From contig JBBIPC010000001.1 of NCBI GenBank assembly GCA_037443035.1, positions 160,001 through 224,000 on the forward strand: 64,000 nt of DNA, written 5' to 3'. Every line of letters begins with the position of its first letter. The stretch's first letter is position 1. The notes beneath the pieces are model-generated. The model searched no databases, had not been told where the DNA came from, and saw nothing but the letters and a program-made list of their open reading frames with translations. This document shows positions 1 through 9,107 of the stretch, piece by piece. The DNA comes from Chthonomonadales bacterium. Its GTDB lineage: Bacteria > Armatimonadota > Chthonomonadetes > Chthonomonadales > CAJBBX01. Position numbers and translations under genes: made by a program.

Positions 1-2
1 AA

Positions 3-473
3 CTGGTGCGCCTGACGGTAGGAGACGTGGACTTCGAGGCTGGCACGGTTCATTGCCGCGGCAAGGGAAACAAAGAGCGGATTGTGCCACTGGGACGGCC
101 TGCACTGCGCTGGCTCGCTGCGCATTGCGCAGCGCTTCGTCAACAAGGCGGGAACTTATCTTCGGCGACACTGTTGTTCGGAGGACGGAGGAGCCGGCCG
201 ATCGCGCGCCAGGCGGTCTGGCGCATAGTGCGGCGTGAAGCCATACGGGCAGGTATCACTCGCCGGGTAAGCCCCCACACGTTGCGGCACAGTTTCGCGA
301 CGCACATGCTCGCCAGGGGCGCAGACCTGCGCATCATCCAAGAGCTGCTCGGCCACGCTCGCGTGACGACGACAGAGATCTACACACACGTGGAGCGCGA
401 TCGCTTGCGCCGAGTGTACCGACGCTCCCACCCACGGGCATTCTCGCAGACGCTGCGGACGACAGAGCGCTAG
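3..473 (+). CDS. xerD: Site-specific tyrosine recombinase XerD, C-terminal part (5' end outside window)
   Basis: GKGNKERIVPLG, SPHTLRHSFATH, GADLRIIQELLGH, TTEIYTHV (catalytic H-x-x-R, H, Y) and C-terminal HPRA typical of XerD/XerC. Confidence 0.85.
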   Translation: MVRLTVGDVDFEAGTVHCRGKGNKERIVPLGRPALRWLAAHCAALRQQGGNLSSATLLFGGRRSRPIARQAVWRIVRREAIRAGITRRVSPHTLRHSFATHMLARGADLRIIQELLGHARVTTTEIYTHVERDRLRRVYRRSHPRAFSQTLRTTER

Positions 474-491
474 TCTCCACGATGGTGTATC

Positions 492-1232
492 ATGCCGCGA
501 GACGGTAAGGAGGAGCGTAGAGTCAGGAGCATGGAAGTTTCAGACGATGGCTACAGCGTGACGATCCGAGATCTGCCGACCGACGAGCGGCCGCGGGAGA
601 AGCTTGCGCGCAACGGCGCGCAATCGCTCTCCACGCAAGAGCTCCTTGCCATCATACTGCGCACGGGCACGGCGGGTCGCAGCGCTCTATCTCTGGCAGA
701 TCGTCTCCTTCATGCGCATGGTGGTCTGCGTGGTCTTGCCAGGGCTGACATCGGTGAGCTGATTCGGACGGAAGGGGTGGGCAAGGTCAAAGCTATCCAG
801 ATCGCCGCGTGCGTGGAGCTAGGCCGCCGCTTGGCGGTTCAGATGGAGGATGAGCGGCGTACGGTCGGCAGCCCCGAGGAAGTCGCCGACATGTTAATGC
901 CAGAAATGCGCGACCTGAAGGTCGAGCAGTTTCGCGTGCTGGTGCTCGACACGAAGCATCGCATCATTCGCGTGAAGATGGCATCCATGGGAACATTGGA
1001 TGCGAGTCTCGTGCATCCGAGGGAGGTGTTTCGAGAGGCCATCGCGGCGTCAGGAGCAGCCGTGATCGTGGCGCACAATCATCCAAGCGGCGATCCAACT
1101 CCCAGCAGGGAGGACAGGGCGACAACGCAACGGCTGGCGGAGGCCGGGCGGGTTCTGGGGATCGAGCTGTTGGACCACCTGATCATAGGAGAGTCGAAGT
1201 GGATCAGCATGAAAAGGGCGGGCTACTTATGA
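492..1232 (+). CDS. radC: RadC/UPF0758 JAB-domain protein (alternative start ATG 531)
   Basis: ERPREKL, ELLAIILRTG, HhH GVGKVKA, VHPREVF, HNHPSGDPTPSRED JAMM motif, LLDHLII. Confidence 0.95.
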   Translation: MPRDGKEERRVRSMEVSDDGYSVTIRDLPTDERPREKLARNGAQSLSTQELLAIILRTGTAGRSALSLADRLLHAHGGLRGLARADIGELIRTEGVGKVKAIQIAACVELGRRLAVQMEDERRTVGSPEEVADMLMPEMRDLKVEQFRVLVLDTKHRIIRVKMASMGTLDASLVHPREVFREAIAASGAAVIVAHNHPSGDPTPSREDRATTQRLAEAGRVLGIELLDHLIIGESKWISMKRAGYL

Positions 1233-1861
1233 GCGGTGGAAGTCTAGCCGAGATCGCGGCTCGGCTTCGCGAGACCCTAGAGAGCGCTTCCGCGGCTCGG
1301 GAGGAAGCACTGCGGCAATGCCGCGCGACAATCCAGTGCTCGTCTCGCTCCATACGCGCTCTGCACAGGGGTGAGTTCGAAGAAGCCGAGGCATGGCTCG
1401 GCAGGGCGAGGGAGGGCTTCGAAGCGGTACGTCGGGTGCTAGAGGCCTACCCCGCGATCTACTATGCTGGCTACGTACATGACGCGCAGAAGGAATACGC
1501 GGAAGCTGCTCTTGTGGGATGCCTGATTCGGAACCGTCCCTACGATACACCGGAGTCGCTCGGGGTAGAGCCTGCCGCCTACCTCAACGGCCTTGCCGAA
1601 GCTGGTAGCGAGGGCAGGCGATATGTCCTCGACCGGCTGCGCTTGGGCGACATAGCCGAAGCCGACAGGGTTCTCGGCGCCATGGATGAGATCTACTACG
1701 AACTCATCGCGTGCGACTTTCCCGACGCTATCACCGGCGGCCTCAGACGGACCACCGATGCCTTCCGCGCTGTCTTGGAGCGAACCCGCGGCGACTTGTG
1801 CCTTGCTGTTCAGCAGCGGGATCTGCAGCGGTCCTTGGAGCGGTTTGGCGGCGTGCAGTGA
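1229..1861 (+). CDS. Translin/TRAX-family protein
   Basis: All-helical ~210 aa; REEAL..R..I..S...I..LH, QKEYAEA, YLNGLAEAGSEGRR, LRRTTD match translin/TRAX motifs; ATGA overlap with radC stop. Confidence 0.85.
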   Translation: MSGGSLAEIAARLRETLESASAAREEALRQCRATIQCSSRSIRALHRGEFEEAEAWLGRAREGFEAVRRVLEAYPAIYYAGYVHDAQKEYAEAALVGCLIRNRPYDTPESLGVEPAAYLNGLAEAGSEGRRYVLDRLRLGDIAEADRVLGAMDEIYYELIACDFPDAITGGLRRTTDAFRAVLERTRGDLCLAVQQRDLQRSLERFGGVQ

Positions 1862-2604
1862 ACGGCGACTCTCGACGGAGAGACCGGGCCGATGACCTCA
1901 TCCCCGGCATGCTGACGGTGCTCATGCCGGTGTACAATGAGCTGCCCACGATCGGTGAGGTCCTCCGCCGTGTGCTAGATGCTCCCGTCGAGAAAGAGGT
2001 GCTCATCATAGACGACGCGAGTACAGACGGGACGACGGAGTATCTGCGGGAGCATGTAGAAGCGAAGTGCGAGGGAGTTCGTATTCACTATCTGGAACGC
2101 AACGGTGGCAAGGGCGCAGCCATTCGCGCTGGCCTGCCCCTCGTTCGGGGGGAGTACATCGTCATACAGGACGGCGATTTGGAATACGACCCGTCGGATT
2201 ATGCGAAGTTGCTGGAGGTGCTCCGCGATGGTGCTCCGGTGGTCTACGGAACGCGTTTCGCGCACGGCATGCCGCCCATGCGGTTGCTGAACAAGATCAT
2301 CAACCGGATCCTGGCGGGCCTCGTTCGATGGCTCTACGGCGAACCAATCACCGATGAAGCAACATGCTACAAGGCATTTCGTACCGATGTCCTGAGGAGC
2401 ATTCCGCTCGAGTGTCGCCGCTTCGAGTTCTGCCCTGAGGTGACGGCGAAGGTCCTGAGGCGCGGTATGCACATCGCGGAGGTCCCTATCCGCTACACGG
2501 CTCGAAGCATGAAGGAGGGCAAGAAGATACGATGGACCGACGGCGTTATTGCCGTCTGGACGCTTATCAAGTACCGCTGGTGGCGCCAGCGAGAAGGGAG
2601 TTGA
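1858..2604 (+). CDS. Glycosyltransferase family 2 (DPM1/ArnC-like)
   Basis: VLMPVYNE, IIDDASTDGT, GKGAAIRAG, IQDGDLEYDP, EVPIRY; GTGA overlap with translin stop. Confidence 0.92.
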   Translation: MNGDSRRRDRADDLIPGMLTVLMPVYNELPTIGEVLRRVLDAPVEKEVLIIDDASTDGTTEYLREHVEAKCEGVRIHYLERNGGKGAAIRAGLPLVRGEYIVIQDGDLEYDPSDYAKLLEVLRDGAPVVYGTRFAHGMPPMRLLNKIINRILAGLVRWLYGEPITDEATCYKAFRTDVLRSIPLECRRFEFCPEVTAKVLRRGMHIAEVPIRYTARSMKEGKKIRWTDGVIAVWTLIKYRWWRQREGS

Positions 2605-2607
2605 GCG

Positions 2608-2835
2608 ATGCCGGTTCTAACGCTTATTGCACCGGAAATACACTGCGACGGATGTGCAGCGTCCATCCGCCGCTCGCTGGGCAGAATGGCAGGGGTCGAG
2701 GTGCTTGGCGTGGATGTCCCTGGGAAGTCGGTCCGAGTTGCGTACGACGAGGGTCTCACGAGTCAGGAAGCGATCGTCGCGCGGATGCATCAGGCTGGCT
2801 TCCCGCCGACGGTCGTAGATCATTCGCAGGAGTAG
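2608..2835 (+). CDS. Heavy-metal-associated (HMA) domain protein, CopZ-like chaperone
   Basis: 75 aa, IHCDGC metal-binding CxxC, C-terminal AGF loop. Confidence 0.85.
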   Translation: MPVLTLIAPEIHCDGCAASIRRSLGRMAGVEVLGVDVPGKSVRVAYDEGLTSQEAIVARMHQAGFPPTVVDHSQE

Positions 2836-2842
2836 GCGACTA

Positions 2843-3946
2843 ATGCTGAGGTCATTGCGCTGTATGCCACGTAGCCTGGCGGTGGCAATCCTAGTGCTTC
2901 TGGTCCGTGAGAGTGCTGACGCGGTCCCGTTCTGTGAGTTCAGCCCCTCCGGTGACGCTGTCGTTGCAACGTGGCCAGCGGAGGCATCAAACGCCGACTC
3001 CGCAGCGATCATCGCTCTCGAAACGGGACGCGTGGAACTTCTCGGTGGTGGCGCAAGTGTCGCTGGGGCGTCCTGGTCGCCTGATGGTCAGTTCCTCGTG
3101 TATAGCGTTCTTTCTGGGCAAGCCGTGCAGACGCGGCTGCGGAATCTCAAGACGGGCCGCGAGCGGACCCTCCGTGTCCCTATCGGGCCGCCGTTCGCTT
3201 GGCGGGAAGACGGGAAGCGGTTCGCTGGCATCGCACGCGCCGACGACGGCCAGCTCAAGGTGGTGTTCTTCAATGCTACGGAGTTCGGCGAGACGCTACG
3301 TGTGGATCTCGAACTCCAAAGTGTAGAGGCGAGAGGGCTAGTGTGGTTGTACGGCACGGACGATGTGATGCTGCTTGGAAGCAGGGGATCTAGGACGGAC
3401 GTGTATGCGGTGGAGAGCGGTCAGGTGCGGCAGATCTCCTCGACTGGAGACGTCATAGCAATGGCGCTGGGATGCGATAGGCACTCCGTCGTGTGGGCCA
3501 GAAGCAGCAGGAACCTTCGGTACATTTTGCTGTCCCTGTACGAGTTCGATACCAACACTCGGTCGGTCCGACGACTCCGCTTTCCTGAGCGCGTCTCGCT
3601 CATCAACCCGACGCCGCAGAGTGCACCGGTCGCTCTCGACACAGTGCTCGTCTCTCCGTCCAGCAACCGTCTGGCTGTAGTTGCGTCGTATGCGGCCAAG
3701 GGTGGTGGGGAAGTGCTGCGGCTCTTCAGTATCCCCCTAACGGGCAACGGCGCCAGTCAGGTGCGGGCTGCCCATCGAACGGGATCCCAGGCGCCATGGC
3801 CCAGGTTCGTGCCTGCTCTTTCTCCCGACGGTCGCCACCTTTGCGTATTGCATCAGGACGCGGCGGAGTGCGTTCTTGCGCTGTTCGACCCGAATGGCAA
3901 GAACGGCCGCATCGTGGTTCGAAGCCCTTACGGAGGGCGCTCCTGA
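2843..3946 (+). CDS. Secreted TolB/WD40-like beta-propeller protein
   Basis: Signal-peptide-like N-terminus; repeated FSPSG/WSPDG/WREDG/VSPSS/LSPDG blade motifs. Confidence 0.7.
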   Translation: MLRSLRCMPRSLAVAILVLLVRESADAVPFCEFSPSGDAVVATWPAEASNADSAAIIALETGRVELLGGGASVAGASWSPDGQFLVYSVLSGQAVQTRLRNLKTGRERTLRVPIGPPFAWREDGKRFAGIARADDGQLKVVFFNATEFGETLRVDLELQSVEARGLVWLYGTDDVMLLGSRGSRTDVYAVESGQVRQISSTGDVIAMALGCDRHSVVWARSSRNLRYILLSLYEFDTNTRSVRRLRFPERVSLINPTPQSAPVALDTVLVSPSSNRLAVVASYAAKGGGEVLRLFSIPLTGNGASQVRAAHRTGSQAPWPRFVPALSPDGRHLCVLHQDAAECVLALFDPNGKNGRIVVRSPYGGRS

Positions 3947-4875
3947 CCGGCCGACGCCCGCCCCCGAGGCTTCGTCCTGGTGCCGCGATCGGGATCGTGG
4001 CACCGTCCAGTCCCCTGCGAGATACTGCATTCATGCGTGGGGTGGAATACATAGCGTCGCTTGGATACCGACCTGTGCTTGCGACTCACGTCTTCGACCA
4101 GTACGGGTACCTTGCAGGAATGGACGCTGCGCGGGCTGCCGACTTCACGGAGATGTTCGAGCGCTGCGATATCGGGGCAGTCATGTGCGCCCGAGGTGGA
4201 TACGGCGCGAGCCGTATGGTGGACTGCATAGACTGGGATACCGTATGCGCACACCCGAAGCCTTTCGTGGGCTACAGCGACATAACGACACTCCACCTGG
4301 CTATGGACCGCCATGCCGGCATCGTTACGTTTCACGGCCCGATGGTTACAACGCTCGGAAGCGATGCCGATGATCAGTGCCGGCGTATGCTCATCCGGAC
4401 CCTAACGGAACCCACACCGCTCGGGTACGTTGTAGCTCCAGAGGATCGGGCTACGTGCCTCGTTTCTGGACAAGTTCGTGGGAGGCTGGCGGGAGGCTGT
4501 CTGTCCCTATTGTGTGCTGCTCTGGCGACTCCCGAAGAGCCGGATTTCGGGGGTTGCATCGTCTTGCTGGAGGATACGCACGAGCCTCTGTATCGGGTGG
4601 ACCGCATGTTGACCCAGATCGTCAGAAGCGGTTGTCTGGACGAGGCGGCAGGATTCGTCATTGGCACAGTCTCGAATCTCGTGGACGACGTGGCGCCCTG
4701 CCCCTTCGATCTCCACGAACTGTGGGCCGACGTCCTGGGTCCGCTCGGGCGACCTATGCTGGCCGACGTGCCGATTGGACACGTGCCATCGCCGCTTACG
4801 ATACCGCTTGGGTGTACCGCAGAACTGGACGCCGGGGCTGGGACGCTGTGCGTGCTAGACCCGGCGGTGGCCTAG
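3943..4875 (+). CDS. ldcA: LD-carboxypeptidase (peptidase S66); probable CTG start
   Basis: IGIVAPSS, CARGGYGA, GYSDIT (Ser nucleophile), TFHGP, LLEDTHE..YRVDRML, IGH; GGAGG at 3932-3936 before in-frame CTG. Confidence 0.9.
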   Translation: MTGRRPPPRLRPGAAIGIVAPSSPLRDTAFMRGVEYIASLGYRPVLATHVFDQYGYLAGMDAARAADFTEMFERCDIGAVMCARGGYGASRMVDCIDWDTVCAHPKPFVGYSDITTLHLAMDRHAGIVTFHGPMVTTLGSDADDQCRRMLIRTLTEPTPLGYVVAPEDRATCLVSGQVRGRLAGGCLSLLCAALATPEEPDFGGCIVLLEDTHEPLYRVDRMLTQIVRSGCLDEAAGFVIGTVSNLVDDVAPCPFDLHELWADVLGPLGRPMLADVPIGHVPSPLTIPLGCTAELDAGAGTLCVLDPAVA

Positions 4876-4882
4876 AGATTCG

Positions 4883-5902
4883 TCACCAGTCGGCAGTATC
4901 CGCATCGAAAGCGCCCTTGTGATGCTGAATTCGGGGTGCCTTGCCTGAGAGCTTCACCTCGATGACGTCGAAACGACATTCCCGGTACGTGCCTCCGTAG
5001 TTGGCCAGGAAGGCACGTGCGGCCTGTGCGATGCGCCGACGCTGGGGATAGGAGACGATGTCCGGGGAAAGGTCGGCGATGTACTTGGACGAAGTCTTGA
5101 CCTCGACGAAGACTAGCGTATCATCGTCGAGACTGACGATGTCAATCTGATACCGACCAGACCGGTAGTCCGTCTCCAGGATCCGGTGGCCTATGCGCTC
5201 CAAGTAAAGTCGAGCAAGCGCTTCCCCACGCGCACCGCTGAGAGTTGGCATCGTCTCACCCTGTGGTAAGAAAGTCGCCTGCCCGAGGGCACGGCGTACA
5301 GGTTCGAAGGACCGGCGGTGCTCTGGCGAGGGTCCGAGCCGTTGGAGTGCTGCCAGATGCTCCGGAGTGGGATAACCCTTGTGCTGGGCGAAGCCGTAGT
5401 CAGGGTTTTCACAGTCGAGCTGCTCCATGATGCGGTCGCGGGTGACCTTGGCGACAATACTCGCGGCTGCGATGGACACGGAGGTAACGTCTCCCTTCAC
5501 GATTGCCTGATGTCGGATGGGTAGACTCGGTACCGGAAGGCCATCCACCAAGACGAAATCTGGGCGGGGTTCGCACGCTTCGTAGGCGCGGCGCATAGCC
5601 AGATGCGTGGCCCGAAGCACGTTCAGCGAGTCGATCTCCGCAGCCTCCGCCTTGCCGATGCCGATGGCAAGTGCCGTGGCTCGAATGGCGTCAAAGGCAG
5701 AGACCCTCGCTGAAGCGGTAAGTGTCTTCGAATCTGCAACGCCATCTAGCGAGATACCTAGAGGCAGGAGGACGCACGCAGCAACTACAGGGCCAGCCAG
5801 CGGGCCACGACCAGCCTCGTCCAGCCCGGCAACGCGTCCGTAACCTTCACGATGTGCGGCGAGCTCCGCGTCCCACGACGGTGTTCGGCTTGGCGTCACC
5901 AC
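4883..5902 (-). CDS. rnhB: Ribonuclease HII fused to C-terminal YraN/UPF0102 PD-(D/E)xK domain
   Basis: GLDEAGRGPLAGPV, DSKTL, VKGD..S.SIAAASIVAKVTRD, HKGYPT, HRRSF, then GEALA..YL, IDIV, LVFVEVK, RFDVI in one ORF. Confidence 0.92.
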   Translation of the reverse strand: MVTPSRTPSWDAELAAHREGYGRVAGLDEAGRGPLAGPVVAACVLLPLGISLDGVADSKTLTASARVSAFDAIRATALAIGIGKAEAAEIDSLNVLRATHLAMRRAYEACEPRPDFVLVDGLPVPSLPIRHQAIVKGDVTSVSIAAASIVAKVTRDRIMEQLDCENPDYGFAQHKGYPTPEHLAALQRLGPSPEHRRSFEPVRRALGQATFLPQGETMPTLSGARGEALARLYLERIGHRILETDYRSGRYQIDIVSLDDDTLVFVEVKTSSKYIADLSPDIVSYPQRRRIAQAARAFLANYGGTYRECRFDVIEVKLSGKAPRIQHHKGAFDADTADW

Positions 5903-5968
5903 TCCTCCTTCCGGTCAACGGGACCTCCCATCGAAGACAAAGCAGAGCTGGCATCCGGCCGCAGATTC

Positions 5969-6700
5969 TTAGTGGACGAAGCGGATACGCTGCAACGGCC
6001 AGAAGACCAGCAATGCCTTCCCGATGATCCGGTCTCGCGATAGCGTGCCCCAATACCTACTGTCGTTGCTGTTGTTACGGTTATCGCCCATGACGAAGTA
6101 CTGGCCCTTGCCCAGTGTCAGAGGACCCCGTGTGGCGTACATGGCGTCCATACGGTCCTGCATGGGCTCGGCCACGTAGGGTTCCTTTGCAGCGGTACCG
6201 TTGACGAAGAGCCTCAGCTCGCCATGTTCATCACGCTTCACCTCGAGCGTATCGCCCGGTACACCGACAAGGCGCTTGATCAGGATATTCTCCTGACGAT
6301 GCATCGGGTCGGCCTTGGTCTCGGCCCGGAAGACGATGATCTCTCCACGGTGTGGGTCCCTCAGTCGGTAACTCAGCTTATCCACGAATAGGTGATCGTG
6401 GCAGCTATCCGAGTAGCTGACACCTGTGCGGGAGATGCCCGCATCGTGCCCGCACAGTGTCGGCTCCATGGATTCGGTGGGGATGTAGAACGCCTGCACG
6501 AAGAACGGGCGGATGATCAAGAACACCAGCACGCTGGCGATGACGAGGGACTCCGCCAGCTCCGCCAGGGCACGGGCCACCGCAGCCCGGAATGGGACGA
6601 GAACGAGACGCACAACGGTGAGCGCGGCGGCTATCAACACGATCGTCGTCGTGCTGAGGTTGGCCAGATACTCCGTGACGCCTACTTCGTGGGGAGCCAC
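5969..6700 (-). CDS. lepB: Signal peptidase I
   Basis: IPTESMEPTL (Ser), IKRLVGVPGD (Lys), GDNRNNSNDSRYWG; N-terminal TM segments. Confidence 0.95.
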   Translation of the reverse strand: MAPHEVGVTEYLANLSTTTIVLIAAALTVVRLVLVPFRAAVARALAELAESLVIASVLVFLIIRPFFVQAFYIPTESMEPTLCGHDAGISRTGVSYSDSCHDHLFVDKLSYRLRDPHRGEIIVFRAETKADPMHRQENILIKRLVGVPGDTLEVKRDEHGELRLFVNGTAAKEPYVAEPMQDRMDAMYATRGPLTLGKGQYFVMGDNRNNSNDSRYWGTLSRDRIIGKALLVFWPLQRIRFVH

Positions 6701-6794
6701 CGGTCATCCTTCGTCTGCGCAACAGAGGGGCCGGAGAAGCTGTGCACTTGGGCCCGGAGGCGCGCCGCGCTCATCTTACTGGCTCGGATCGTCG

Positions 6795-7169
6795 TCATGC
6801 CTCCTCTTGTTCGCCGTTGCGTACGCGACGGTCTTCCTTGATTCGAGCCTTCTTACCGACTACGTTGCGTAGATAGTAAAGCTTGGCCCTACGAACGCGG
6901 CCACGTCGCAGGATCTCGATTCGATCCACACGAGGCGAGTGAATAAGGAACGTCTTCTCCACACCGACGCCGTGGGATGTCTTGCGGAGTGTTACCGATG
7001 CGCGGTTGTTCGCGCCCCGGAGTGCGATGACTATTCCCTCGAACACCTGAATACGTTCCTTGCCACCTTCGATGACCTTGGCATGGACACGAGCTGTGTC
7101 ACCTGCGCGCAACGTCGGCGTCTTTTCCTTGCACTGTGCTTGCTCGATATCCGTGATTATCTTCGACAC
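6795..7169 (-). CDS. rplS: 50S ribosomal protein L19
   Basis: [33 protein letters not shown]. Confidence 0.98.
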   Translation of the reverse strand: MSKIITDIEQAQCKEKTPTLRAGDTARVHAKVIEGGKERIQVFEGIVIALRGANNRASVTLRKTSHGVGVEKTFLIHSPRVDRIEILRRGRVRRAKLYYLRNVVGKKARIKEDRRVRNGEQEEA

Positions 7170-7207
7170 AATCTATCTCCCTTCATCAAGTCATGGAACC
7201 CGGGCGG

Positions 7208-7933
7208 CTACGCCGGGCCATCCGCCAGAATCCTCAAGTCTTCCATCGTAACGCCTCGGCGTGCCCACAGGTCTGGCCGGAGGCGACGCGTCCGGTCCAA
7301 CTGCTGCCATCTTCGCCATCGCATGACGTCAGCATGATTGCCGTCAAGCAGAACCCTAGGTACCTGGACATGGCTGTAGATGCGAGGCTTGGTGTAGTGA
7401 GGCCAATCCAGGAGACCGTCTGCGAAACTATCGTGTTCCGGCGCTTCTGCCCAGCCCAGAACACCGGGTAGTAAGCGCGTTACTGCGTCCACGATGACGA
7501 GCGCCGCCAGTTCACCACCAGATAGGACGAAATCGCCAATCGAGTAGACGTGCGTGGCCAGGACGTCCTTGATCCGTTCATCCACACCCTCGTAACGACC
7601 GCATATGATCGCGACTCTATCGCACGAGGCGAGGTCTTCCGCAGCACGCTGTGTGAACCGCTGCCCCTGCGGGTCCGTCACGATGACTCGGTCGAGCTTG
7701 CCGGCGTGGCGGAGATGATGCAGGGCCTCGGCCACGGGCTGGAGCTTCATCACCATGCCGCCCCCGCCGCCATAGGGCGTGTCGTCGGTGGAGCGGTGAC
7801 TGTCATGCGTGTAACATCGGAGGTCTATGGCTCGCACTGCCAGCAGACCGGCGTCAAGAGCACGCCCCACCACTCCGTAGGAAAGAGCGTCGGTAATCAT
7901 CTGGGGGAATATGGTGAGAACACTCAGTTCCAT
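7208..7933 (-). CDS. trmD: tRNA (guanine-N1)-methyltransferase
   Basis: DDTPYGGGGGMVM, CGRYEGVDER, SIGDFVLSGGE, LLD.PHYTKP. Confidence 0.97.
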   Translation of the reverse strand: MELSVLTIFPQMITDALSYGVVGRALDAGLLAVRAIDLRCYTHDSHRSTDDTPYGGGGGMVMKLQPVAEALHHLRHAGKLDRVIVTDPQGQRFTQRAAEDLASCDRVAIICGRYEGVDERIKDVLATHVYSIGDFVLSGGELAALVIVDAVTRLLPGVLGWAEAPEHDSFADGLLDWPHYTKPRIYSHVQVPRVLLDGNHADVMRWRRWQQLDRTRRLRPDLWARRGVTMEDLRILADGPA

Positions 7934-7960
7934 AGCGAGTTATCGGCGAGGTGCTGCCGA

Positions 7961-8491
7961 CTACCATGCCCCGTCGTTCGATGAAACCCCAGGCAACAGC
8001 CCGTCCGGCGGATCCACGGTGATGCGTCGGGCGGCGACGTCTATATCCAACACAATGGCGTGGACCATGGGTATCAGCGACTCGCCCACAAGCAACTGGT
8101 CATGACCGGGCGACTGGATGACGTCATTGACGAGACCGACGCACTGACCAGCCACGGTTACCACCTGCATGCCGATCAGATCGCTTACGTAGTAGCTGCC
8201 GTCCGGCAGGTGGACCGCATCTTGTCGCTTGATGCGAACCTCCGCGCCACGAAGGGCCTCTACGTCCTCGATAGTGTCGACCCCAACCACCTTCAGCAGT
8301 ACCGCGCCCTTGTGGAACCGCACGCCCTGGATCTCCATGACTCGCACGGGCTGCCCGGCCTGAACCAGTGCCACCTCTTCCACATCCCTGAACCGTTCGG
8401 GAAAATCCGTGAGGATTTCCGTCTTCATCTCTCCGCGGATACCGAAGGGCGCCACAACGCGGCCTATGGTCCAGTCCCACTGTGCATCCAT
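7961..8491 (-). CDS. rimM: 16S rRNA processing protein RimM
   Basis: IGRVVAPFGIRGE, TDFPERF, YYVSDLIG, LIPMV; operon position. Confidence 0.95.
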   Translation of the reverse strand: MDAQWDWTIGRVVAPFGIRGEMKTEILTDFPERFRDVEEVALVQAGQPVRVMEIQGVRFHKGAVLLKVVGVDTIEDVEALRGAEVRIKRQDAVHLPDGSYYVSDLIGMQVVTVAGQCVGLVNDVIQSPGHDQLLVGESLIPMVHAIVLDIDVAARRITVDPPDGLLPGVSSNDGAW

Positions 8492-8503
8492 TGCACTATG
8501 ATC

Positions 8504-8746
8504 TCAAGCCGTGAACTCCACCTGCACGCGCCGGTGGCGTTTCATGGCGGCCGCACGAGCCACCAGACGCAACGCGGACGCGATCCGTCCCTGACGTCCA
8601 ATGACTTTGCCCATATCATCCGACGCCACGCGGACTTCGTACGTTGTGCCACCGCCGTCTTCATAGGCGGTAACACTGACAGCCTCGGGGTCGTCCACGA
8701 TACCCGAGACAACGCACGACAGGATGGCGGCTACAGGGTCTTCCAT
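8504..8746 (-). CDS. khpA: KH-domain RNA-binding protein KhpA (YlqC)
   Basis: DMGKVIGRQGRIASALR; lies between rpsP and rimM. Confidence 0.93.
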   Translation of the reverse strand: MEDPVAAILSCVVSGIVDDPEAVSVTAYEDGGGTTYEVRVASDDMGKVIGRQGRIASALRLVARAAAMKRHRRVQVEFTA

Positions 8747-8753
8747 CGCTGGT

Positions 8754-9044
8754 CTAGACGGGCTGGCTATCGTCAGCAGAGGCGTTGGCGCCTGCAGCCG
8801 GTGGCAACACGCCTGCCTTTCGCAAGATAGCCCGGGTAATGTCGGTCGGTTGAGCGCCGACGCCGAGCCAGTATCGTGCTCGTTCTTCTTCCACCTTGAT
8901 CGTCGGTGGGTCGGTCCGCGGATCGTAGTAGCCCAGGATCTCTATGAACCTACCGTCTCGTGGGCTACGACTATCGCTCACTACCACGCGGTAGAACGCT
9001 CTGCCCCTCGATCCCATTCGGCGTAGCCGTATCTTTGTTGCCAA
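8754..9044 (-). CDS. rpsP: 30S ribosomal protein S16 (TTG start)
   Basis: [42 protein letters not shown]. Confidence 0.98.
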   Translation of the reverse strand: MATKIRLRRMGSRGRAFYRVVVSDSRSPRDGRFIEILGYYDPRTDPPTIKVEEERARYWLGVGAQPTDITRAILRKAGVLPPAAGANASADDSQPV

Positions 9045-9107
9045 TGCTCTGCTCCTTCAGACGATAGTTGCCATCGAGGCAACGGTCCTGACTCGACGCA
9101 GTGTGGC

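Noticed and set aside
1..1232. Tyrosine recombinase + RadC as the edge of a mobile element
   Set aside because: The recombinase has housekeeping XerD motifs and RadC is the full-length chromosomal form with its HhH domain; no att sites or cargo genes seen
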